Assembly: GCF_964204645.1 (NCBI RefSeq)
Contig: NC_134027.1
Span: forward strand, 8,216,485-8,280,484
Source of the DNA: Tubulanus polymorphus
Taxonomy: Eukaryota > Animalia > Nemertea
Direction of reading: 5' to 3'
Length of the DNA: 64,000 nucleotides
The position numbers were made by a program, and so were the translations under genes. Below the pieces are notes generated by a model. It made no database searches. It was given only the letters and a program-made list of their open reading frames with translations, and was not told the origin of the DNA. Positions 49,323 to 60,302 of this stretch are shown in pieces. Positions within the stretch are counted from its first letter, which is position 1; every line of letters starts with the position of its first letter.

Positions 49323-49466
49323 TTTGAACAATTCTGATGCGGCATTAAACGAATATCCGGTGGGGACTGCTCCGACAACTTCCGGGTTGTCACTAATTCC
49401 CGGACACCACCGCGGACTCAGGCCAGCCTTCAATCAGCTGTGAATGCGGATGAGTGCACATTCAAT
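49323..49466. promoter_or_regulatory. Compact bidirectional promoter NOMO/CIAO2B
   Basis: Only 144 bp between the divergent ATGs; GC-rich with TCCGGG/CCGG motifs. Confidence 0.75.
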
Positions 49467-50359
49467 ATGGCACCTGTCGAGTTAGAAAACGCAAATCCCG
49501 AGGTCTTTCAGCGGTCTGGAGAACGAAATATAACGGCAGATGAAGAAAACGACGACGTCATCGATAGAATCGATAACAGGGAAGTGTTTGGTATCCTTTA
49601 ATTATACAATCACGGCTTATCTCTTGTTGTTGTATGACTTGATTTATGTCAATTAATTTCACTTCCTGATTCATGTTTAAATTCATAAGATTCAATGAAT
49701 TTTATTGGTATCAGTCTTTAACCAAGACTTCCAGATCTCATCCGAGGGATAAACGATCCTGAACACCCCCTCACTTTAGAAGAACTCAACGTCCTTGAAT
49801 TGGAGCATGTCCAGGTCAGATATTTTTGTGGTTTTGATTATGATTGATAAGAAATGTCTGTTGTATGTTGTCTTAAAAACTTTCTGAATTTTTGCATTTT
49901 TTTAAGATCAATGATGAAGATAATACAGTGACAGTAGAATTCACGCCGACAATACCTCACTGTAGTATGGCGACGCTTATAGGATTATCAATAAGAGTGA
50001 AATTATTACGATCGTTGCCCACAAGATTCAAGGTAGATTGAACAACGTTTGCATGGATGAAATTGATAACGAGACAAGCTCAAGAAAATGTAATTTTTGA
50101 TTCACAGGTCGATGTGCGAATAACACCGGGTAGTCATGCCTCGGAACATGCTGGTAAGTCTTGAATTAACTTTAAAAACGTCTTGAATTTACTTTGATCA
50201 CATTTTGGATTTTTGCTAGAAAATATAAGGTCGGTTTTTGTATTCGGTTCTCTTTCAGTCAATAAACAATTAGCTGACAAAGAACGAGTGGCTGCTGCAT
50301 TAGAAAATGGACATTTGATTAATGTGGTCAATCAGTGTTTGGCCACCAGAAAGAGATAG
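49467..50359 (+). CDS. CIAO2B: Cytosolic iron-sulfur assembly component 2B (FAM96B/MIP18)
   Basis: Exons 49467-49590, 49735-49814, 49907-50032, 50108-50153, 50259-50359. Motifs [59 protein letters not shown]. Confidence 0.97.
49591..49734 (+). other. U12-type (minor spliceosome) GT-AG intron
   Basis: 5' splice site GTATCCTTT; branch-like TCTTTAAC about 12 nt before the AG; no pyrimidine tract. Confidence 0.9.
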
Positions 50360-50562
50360 AATTTGTGCTTCATTCTTTCTTAACTGGGATTTGCATTCTT
50401 CGATTGACAAGTCGTGGCAATTGAAGAAACATATTTTTTGCCTTCTGTTAAAATAAACTAGTAGTAAAGTTTTCAACAAGATGAAATGTAAAATTTATTT
50501 CACAGTTCTAAACAAAGAATAGTTATAGATGAAGTAGTTGGCTATAAAGCACTTGGCTATTA

Positions 50563-50782
50563 GGCCAAAAAAAATTGATACCTTGTTTCTCCGCTCTGCT
50601 GAGCTTAAATGTTGACCCGGCCAGCCGCCTATCTACCCTATACATTACTCTTTTTAAAATCGTGATCAATTTCACCATAACAGACCCGGCCGCTATAGAA
50701 ATGAACTGTTTATAAATTTTATCATATTTTACAAAAATGACCCGGCCGCTGCGGAGAAACAAGGTATCATTTTTGTTTAGCC
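50563..50782. mobile_element. PIF/Harbinger-like MITE
   Basis: ~32-bp TIR GGCCAAAAAAAATTGATACCTTGTTTCTCCGC, TTA target duplication, three internal GACCCGGCC repeats. Confidence 0.85.
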
Positions 50783-51217
50783 TTAATACACATGGACCTA
50801 TAAACAAGATCATTAAGTCTTATTGTAAATTGTGTGTACATAGCATGTATAGAGTGAAATACAATAAAATTGTGATACTTAAAGTACCTATGTATTTTTT
50901 TCAAGTATTTTTCAAGACCTATGGCAGATATCACAGCAAGCATAAAAATAGCGGTGGCAAGGATATAATGACATCAGAATCAATTCAGAATGTTACACAG
51001 AAATCTTGTTTATAGTTGTGGGAACTCCACTATTGTTACATACACTCCTAATTAATCCCAAGTTTATGTATCCATTCGTTTTCATTCAAAATCACGTAGT
51101 TCACGTATCCAATTTCTCGTCAGATTCCTCAAACATAGTCATCCTCGGAGGCAATTAGGGGGAAGAATATCGTATTCGAAATTGACTCCAATCAGAGGTT
51201 AGCAAAATAATACTTAT

Positions 51218-54200
51218 TTACAGTTCTTGCGATATGGAGGTAGGTCTCGATCTGTGGCTCCTCTGAAGGGTCGTACTCTGGCTATGAGATGTCATCGGTG
51301 AAGTTTGCGACATACGACTAGGAATCCCCGCCTGCTGTTGCTGCTGATGTCGTTGCTCATCCTGACCGCCTGAATGCATTAGGTCCGTTGGCGATCGACG
51401 TAGCGTACCCTCGGCCAAACTCATTATAGTCAGTGGACGACCTGTCTCTTTCACATATTGAATACTTTTACGAGCAGTCAATGTAGGACGACCTTCCCTG
51501 AAAAACGAAGTAATTTCATACGTAGAACTCGTGTCACCTATAAATACAAATTTGTTGGGTAAAATGCGAAAAGGTCTTACAGAGGAAAAGTCCTTTTTAA
51601 TGCCACGTTTGGACCAATGAAAAAATGGCATTATACCGAAATTGGCGTTATAAATAATGGTATTTTCATTGAATTTGAGTTAGATTGGCCAAATTTGTTC
51701 TCGAAAAAATGTTGGCGTTAAGTAAACCGGTAAGCAGTGTCATTAAACGATGGCGTTATAACGGCTTTTTGATTGTACGAGCGAAAATTACAAAACTAGA
51801 CGACGAAAGTTTGGAAAAAAATAATTTCAAGATACCCGATAGGTGGTAGCCCAACTTTCTTGTAATGCTTCCATCCTTCTACGAACGCTGTTGCGAGTTT
51901 TCTTTTACTGGCGAAAATCTTCAAGACTTTCATAAGATACGGATCCAATCTACATCTGCAATTATAATGACTTTAATAATTTTATTTTCGTAAACCATGA
52001 TGCTACAGATCGTGAACAGTGGAGAAATAAAGTACACAACATCTTGGCGCAGCACTTGCTGATGTAACTGATGATGATGAAACCATGATGCTATAACAAA
52101 TATATACCTGCAGGTACGATACAACTGACCCGAGAAAAAAAAGAATATGTACCTCGAAAGAAGTTGCCTTTCCGCAATGTGTTCGTAAGACAAATACCCA
52201 AGAGCTATGGCACAATTTCCTCGGACTTGGTCGGATTCTGTTTCAGAACATAAACTACATAGTATTCGCACAGTGTCTATAGAAACGATCGCCGAAGGCA
52301 CACCTTTGAAATAAAATTCATACGCAATTGAACACCTCCATGAAGTACATATAACGAAGATCGATTTTTAACCAATTTCATAATCCAGGTATAAGGCAAA
52401 TAATGCATCATTTCTCCCAACACTTAAATACAGACATTACAGATGTTTGTAAATTCGAATTCATACCTGCTCTAGTGTGTGCTAGTCTGGCTATACAATC
52501 GGCCGCAAGAGCTAGTATTTCATTATTTTGAGAATTGGTGAGAATATCGACGAGCGTTTTAATGCCTTGAGCAGATGAGATTGCCTGTTCTTCGTCCGGT
52601 ATGATTCGAGCTAATATGACCACCTGTCAAATTTGTTGAGAACGAAAATTATGTTAGCATTTTGTGATAGGCATTTTCTAATTTAGAAAATATAAAGCCG
52701 CGATTATGTTCAGTGGATGCATCAGGCAGTTTTTTTTCTAAGGCTTTTATAATTACTAAGAGTATGGATGCGCCAGCCAGAATTCTGAAAAAAATCATCC
52801 AATAAAATAAGATTTCTTTTTATGTCCTCCTTCGTGTTTTCATCACAATTTTTCAATTAAGAAAAAGGAAATTCCGTACTCCAAGTAATTAAAAAGGCCT
52901 AATGTTTATATATGTAAATATTTGTTATTTTTTTACTTTTTCTACCTTTTCTATGGTTTTTTTGAATCGGAATCTGTAAATGTATTTTTTCTATGCTTCG
53001 AAATCTCTCTTAATCAGTTAGAAAATTGGATAATGCCGAAATGCATGCATCTCAGTAAAGTGACCGATTGAGTGAATGTGGCGCGCATTCAAAAGGTTAT
53101 TTATTACCTGGAATGCGCCATAACATTGGAAGAATTCATCAGAAGATTCAAGAAATGGAATGAAGCAATTGTATCTGACTCCTCCTTGCTCGGTTATTTC
53201 TTTCTGTTGTCCAATATTGTTGTACGCGAACGCCGCTAATGCTCCTCCCGCCAACAGTCGTACCGTCGCATCGCGGCAGTACATCATCTTCAAAATTCGT
53301 ACATAACTGAAGTCCAAAGTTTTCTGAATTTCCTCTAAATTATCGGGATTTCCTATAGAATTAATCAAAGGTGCTGGACATTATTAACGTATTCAATAGC
53401 ATGAACACCATATTTCAAAATCCATATTCAATATGTATAAATTAAGAATCATGATTTTCAGAAGATTTTGAGAATAACCGTTCACTCTATATATAGAAAG
53501 ATAAATATTTCATCACCATGAAAATATCATATTACTGATGACAATTTTACGGTCACATGCCTACTGAATGCTGCATGAAACCATGGTGACAAGTCACTTA
53601 ACCGTATTACAACAACTGCCATTAGTCAGTTTTGACAACGTGGCCAACAACTGGACTGTTTTAATGATGTGAGCTATAATATCACTCACCTAATGCTACA
53701 TATCCCAGAGTTAAAGCTGCCTCCACTTGTATCAGTTCATTTCGCGAATGGACCATCAACGCCACTAAGAATTTAATTCCCCTCGAATGACTGACGGTCG
53801 TTTGGTTTTTAAAGTTCGGTACGTATCCGACCCCGACGCACAGATGACGCAAAGTTCTGATGACGCTCAGGACAATGTGTTCTTTATCCGAACGCAACAG
53901 AAGGACGAGAGGATGGACACCATTTGCGTTGGCGATAGCTGTCTGTCTGCTATCCGGTCCGTTTGCTAACACGCCTAAACCTTCCGAACCAATCATATGA
54001 AGTTCCTCTGACATCGAGCCTAAAAATTCTATAAGTAATTGTACACCCATCATATCGGCCATGTTTCGTTGCTCTTCAGGGTCACAGCCGGCCAACGCCC
54101 AGACAGCCGATGCGGTCTTTTCTCGGAGATTCGCCTGGCGACTTTTCTTGAGCAACTGCATCAGAGGCATAACGGCACCACTTTCAAGAAACAACCTCTG

Positions 54201-56064
54201 CGTGTCCGTATTACCCATGACAATCACGTGAATAGCTTCGACAGATCTCAGTTGTAAATCCCGATTTTTCACTCGGGTGAGCATTATCACATGAGGAGCC
54301 AGTCCCTCTTCTACGAACGCCAGCTGATTTCTGGAATGATTCTCAGCTAGTTTTCGAATTGTCACCGTGACCGAATTCAACAAGTCCCTATTAACGTTAT
54401 CTTCAAATAATCCGACAAGTCCGGTAATACAGCCACTTGTGTTACCGGCCGTGCCCTGATGAACCTCTTTGCCATCAACGATATTACCAAGAGCATCTAT
54501 CGCCTCGATCAAAACCTCGGGCTCTTTGAAAGTGTGGATCACTTTTACCAGGGCAGGTATTGCCCCGTTCTGTGCTGCGAGATTTGCATGTGATTCCACC
54601 AAACCGAGGAGTCTCATGGCTTTAGCAGTCAATTCCACCAAATGCGCATTCGGTTCTTTTATTTGTTTGACCAAAGCTTGCATACCACCCGACGAACAAA
54701 ACTGTTTTTGTACTTCCTCTTTGCTTAGTAGGTTATCCAAAACAAGCATTGCTTGCACTTTGGTATCATTACCGATGGAGCTTTTGAGGATCCTGGTAAT
54801 GGCCGGTAGAATACCATTATTGTAAGCGGCTTCCCAGTATGGATTTATCGTCCCGCTACTGTCCACCTGCGTCAGAGCATTAACGCACCTGCCCGCACAT
54901 TCAGACTCTTCGTCGGAGTCTGATGTGAAGAAAGCAATCAATTTCTTCCAAACGGATAACTTTTCGTGATTCAATCGAATGAAATACTCCAGCACTGGTA
55001 GACATTCTTTCAACGCGCTGAGTTCGACGATGCCGTGATTTTGGGAGTTGACGGTGTTTACCTTGGCGCCGAGACCGACAAGACACTTGATGGTGTCGAT
55101 GTTTCCGGACATGATGGCCAGTAGAATCGGCGTCGATTTAAGATCATCTCCGGTCTCCAATTCCAGTTGTTCCTCGGACGCCACCGCGAACCTTTCGATA
55201 GATTTGATGAACCCACGAAATGCGGCGTGATGAATATGCGCCCAGCCGTTTTCGTCCAATTCGTTCATGGTCAAAAGTTCAGGGTCATCGGTCTGGAATG
55301 TCTTCTGAACCCTTTGGACAATGATTGATTTTGCAACCCTGAAAACGAACGTCAAATACTAATTTAGTTTGCGGATACAATACCAGAACTCGCGTAACCA
55401 GAACTTGCCGTAATCAACTCAATCACTTCATACGATTACGGCAATCTTAGGCAATATTTTTTTCTCTTACTTATTTCTTATCACATGTATCAGAATGCAT
55501 AAGGATTGCAAAAGAAGATTTTTTGAGACAAATAGTGATATTGTAAAACCGTTCGTGAGGTGTCAATGTTAAAATTTGTGAATCGAAAAGAAAAAAAGGT
55601 GTATTCTGCAATAGATTACGTTAATTTTCAGTGCGCATATTCGTTTAGACTTCACTTGGAAAACGTACCGATCAACCGAAAAAAAACTATGTCAACACAA
55701 GGTGCAATTTTATTAGATAACAAACCTGCAGTAAAAACATCGCATACAACCGTGTCTGCGATAAGTCGAAACATGAAACAAGATGAAAACTGTCACGTTT
55801 GATTTATCAACAGGCTCATAAAACAAACAATGTCGTATGATGCTATAGACTATTATACCCATGGGAAATTTTGCAGTCGCGACATAATCAAAAAAGATTC
55901 ATCACAATCATATAAATAAGACGTACGTCATTGCATGTTTTAGAGCAGTGAGGTGAAACCATTTAAGGTTTTTAGTGACAAATTATCTTAAATCAAAGAA
56001 AAAATTGCTGTTGCGGTTACGTTTATGGGTGAACAAGACTATTTTACCCGAGCAATGCAGCCAT
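51218..56064 (-). CDS. ANKAR: Ankyrin and armadillo repeat-containing protein (ANKAR-like, short form, ~872 aa)
   Basis: Exons 56064-56048, 55338-53690, 53352-53108, 52623-52467, 52303-52153, 51955-51836, 51497-51218. Ankyrin repeats (GWAHIHHAA, TPILLAIMSG) followed by ARM repeats; motifs AFQVVILARII and HTRAGVP. Confidence 0.85.
51580..51775. mobile_element. Tc1/pogo-like MITE remnant in the last ANKAR intron
   Basis: TA-CAG...TG-TA ends, degenerate TIR, repeated TGGCRTTA. Confidence 0.5.
52742..52899. mobile_element. PIF/Harbinger-like MITE in an ANKAR intron
   Basis: Imperfect ~27-bp TIR GGCTTTTATAATTACTAAGAGTATGGA / TCCGTACTCCAAGTAATTAAAAAGGCC; TAA target duplication. Confidence 0.75.
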
Positions 56065-59000
56065 CTTCGGATTCGGATTATTTCCTTAATATCCTATATA
56101 TCGGGAAAGATAACTGAAACAAATTACGTACATCATAACTGACAGAATCTACGTACCCGCTCATACTTGCGAGAAAAATCCAATCCCTGCTTTAAAGACC
56201 TGTTTATTATTGAAACTAAAGTAGTGGGTTTTATGACCGCAGACCGAAACCGTAGCTACTTTATCGAATAATAAACATAGCTTTTATATCGCAGATTGTA
56301 TTTCAGAGAAAAGTCGCGTTGCATTAGCGCAGGCGGATGCCGTGTAATGGAAGAAAATATATCATGCGCGCGGATACTTTATGAATAAATCTCGTCGTCT
56401 ATCAATAACAGCTATTGACAGAAAGTTGATTTATTGCTTCGTTTATGGATCTATTAAATCGAAAAATCGAATTCTAAGCGATGCATCGATTAGGGATTGC
56501 TTGATTCCAACCAATCCCGCGCCATGTTAAAGTAATTGCGTTTGTAAAGCTGATTTCAGATCATGTTATCTTTTTTTCTGTTTTCCAAATGTATTCTGGA
56601 GATAAAGGGACCAATTCTTATTAGGAGAAATTTCATTTGTGCGAGGAAGAATAATCATTCGTTCTTTTTTTCAGTGAATGATTGTTGATTTTAATTTTCA
56701 GTGAAAATCTTCATAATATAACAAATTTACATTGCAAAAAAAAACGCATTGGTGACAGCAACCCGGGATATAAATATATTTTCTTTTTCTGAAAAATCAC
56801 GAGAGAAATATGAATGTGCTATAGCCGTATTCTGAATACGATCGGGATGTACAATAATTACTCAAGCAATACGTCCGTTAATCGTTGGAAAATATTCCAA
56901 TCCATACACTTAGAATTTTGATTGAACAAAAAGCCTTAAGAGATCAAGCAATCCATGGACTGCCACGTCAATTCATTTAAACCATTGCTAATTTCACGGA
57001 CCAGCTCTTGTTGATATTTAAATAAGCAACCAATTAACAAATACAAAGTACAGGGGAATTCATTGTACTTTTCCGAAAGATCGCACCAACTATCGAGAAA
57101 TTGGTTATAAAAAATCATGCATTTTTTACTAGATGTTTATATGATAGAACCTACACTTTTTTGAACATTTTGAAATAGGTAAGTCGTTAATCCAGATATC
57201 AATATATAGCTTCCGTGAAAATTATTCCTTTCGACACGATATTTTGATGAAATAGTTGTCTACACCACAACTTCAATATTTCCACTAAACTGGAGGTAAT
57301 CACGAACATGTAATACACACGCGACGCATGGAATATTGTCGCTTCTCATCACAGTGAGCTATACTCCATAAAATCCACCAATTACATATTTACCTTGTTA
57401 ATATTTTAGCATCACCGCTGTCGGACTGAGTAAATATTCGCACGGTAGCGTCGATTTATGAATTTGATTAAAATGTCTACATACACCCACCGTGACCCCT
57501 GCAATAACATTCAAACATAAACTTCACATTATGCGACTTAAGTTTACCTTTTTTCTGAAAATGATAAACGAACAAATTTCCAAATTGTTTTCGGCGTGAT
57601 ATGGATATTTTACGCGTATTTATTGATATACCATTGATATATCAAAAAAGTGTATTCCGTAAGAAATTCTTACCTAGTTTCTCAGTGTTTTGAAGAAGTT
57701 ACTAACGCCACACACAGTCTGTCAAGTATACGTAGTCAGTACAGCATGACATAAGAACCAGTACTGGCATAGTCGCATTTATTGCCCAGCTTATAAGCAT
57801 TAACTAGTTGTCTCTAAGTCGATTTCCTTGACACCCATTTATTCTGACTCGTTTTATAGGAAAAAGTCAATTGTTTCCCTTATATTCAGGGCAAGGTTTA
57901 GTTTCAAAATAAATATCGGAATATCTTATTCCACTTGTCGGGCCAATTTGACAAACTGACGCTTCAAATATACATATTGAAGGAAAGCTTTGGATTTTTT
58001 TCAATGGGACCTTTACTGAGACATTTCATTCAACACGTATATTTATATCCGGAAAACAAGTGAAATGGGGCATAGTATAGAATAAGTTTTTAGTTGCTCC
58101 TCCAAAATAAGAAAGTTAACCTTAATCGTGAAATTAAAACTGGCTCCAAATTCAATTCTCTCCTTGAAAATATGTACACTCATTGTCAACGAGTCTTGAA
58201 AATTCGAATTTAGTTCAGACAGCCATACTATGAGAATAGGAAAACATGGAAAAGCATGAATATATACAATGGAACCTCTGGACGTCATTGTGTGGGGAAA
58301 AATATGTTAGCAGTAATCATCGTTCTCGGCTTCGTTGTATCAGGGACCGTTTATACGTCCATGGCTGTACGTATGAGCAGCAGTATCGGTTCCAAGATTC
58401 GCTTTCACACTGCTGACCATACGACACCACGCGTATTGATTAGTTACCTATACATGCTCAGTATCGGCCGTCAGATAAAGCGGTCTACCAGCTGTTTACA
58501 TCAATTTTTTAGATAGCCGCTTGTGCTTGACGACTAACATGACGTAGAATATCATTTCCTGTATCATATCCATTTTGGTGAAATTACCAACTGGCCACAG
58601 TTCTAAATCATAAAGATGCCTCGTAAAGTGGAGCTCTTCTGACGAAATGGTCAAGTAGAAAGCAACGAAGTTCTTTTGATGGCAATCCTTCCCGTTATAT
58701 CACCAAAAACAAATAGGCTTTTTACGTACATTTAATTTATTGTAACAAATCTAAATATACAAACATCGACACGTCACCAAGGTAAAAACACTGTAATAAT
58801 AGAATGATTGATATATTTCATTAATTATACCAATTTTGTCGGTCAATAAAATTATAGAATTTATACAACGCAGCTAAACAATATGATATCATAATCCATT
58901 TTACAATAAACATTTATTGAAAAAAAAATGAACATCTACTCGTAATAACTACTCAAAACCTTAGCTTATGTCCAGCTGTAGGTCTATGATAGTCACTAAT

Positions 59001-59389
59001 CTGCTGCTAGTCCTAATTACTCTATTATTGATATCAATATAGTTTTAAATACGCGAAACCCTTATTTTCTTATAAAATCCATCATCAATGTCGAGAATAA
59101 ATTCAATCTAATACGAAAAACAATACGATCCGCGATCTAGCGAACGATCAATGTAAGTTAACCTTGATAGTCGATTCGTGTGCGATATAAAAACTACTTA
59201 AAAACGTAAACGATTAAAATCTTTTCAGTGACGAAACAACGAGTTGATCGCTATGAGGTGGTTTTGGAATGAATGATCGTCACTCATTGACGGAATGAAC
59301 ATCAATGATTTTATCAACCATTCCTTAAAAAACAAATTACGAACAAAATTAGTTCTCTAAGTCGGACGAATTTTGTCCAACACGTACAA

Positions 59390-59592
59390 GCCGCGATCAC
59401 GCGGGAACGATTTGGCCCGAATCAGACCCAGGGCCTGTGGCTTATTTTGAGCGCGAGTTCACATGCAAACCACTCACTCGAAGCAATGCCATGACAAAGC
59501 GAAGTGAGTCTACACAACACATGCAATCATTTGACCCACGCTAAAATTTGGATCAGGCCCGGTCCGACGTTTTTGGTCAGGCTAAAACGCCC
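59390..59592. mobile_element. Diverged copy of the element at 1-272
   Basis: GCCGCGATCAC start and colinear shared blocks. Confidence 0.6.
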
Positions 59593-60302
59593 CTCCAATC
59601 GCTATTTTAGTGAGAAGAAATTTCGTTTGATTAAAACAACTAAACAATTTCACCGTTCATGTACAAACTAATTATGCTATCAGAAGTGTTAGGGAAGGGG
59701 TTTTTATTAATTTATCGTCAGCATGAATATAAATCATAACAGGGGTCATAGTTCCAGTAATTCACTACCATTGTCATTCGAAACAGATTTAGACAGAGAA
59801 ATAAAATCCATTTTTCATATTCTTCTCATTAAACCCACTCGAGTCAGTCATTCATTGTTAGTATTCCTACTTGCTTTCGAGGTAAAAAAAAAAACGGCGT
59901 TAAAAACACGATTAAATAATAATAAATAAAAAAACTGTTTTTTTTCTTCAAGTCATCAATAGTTCAGCATTCGTAAGCATCGAATAGGTGGACCCACACA
60001 TGAAACAGAAACACAAATGACTCAAAGTACATCGTATCACATGTATCGAAAATTGAAACATCGTCAATTTCAAGTTGAGAGATGAACTGTCGATATTTCC
60101 ATTTTCCCAGCTGTTTAAGCACCTTATTGTGTAAAATCGAAGACCGCCGGTCGCATTCACGTTAAAACTTCTTACTGGCGCGAACTAAACCGATAAACGG
60201 CACATTATTCTAAGTTTCATATTCGTTGGATATGTTGACGACGCCCGTCATCAAACAACTGTAGTCAAATCCTTGAGAATGTTTCGAATGAATGTAAATG
60301 AT

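Noticed and set aside
53787-55230. Plus-strand ORFs overlapping the ANKAR-like exon (similar ones overlap the coiled-coil exons)
   Set aside because: Antisense shadow ORFs of real coding exons.
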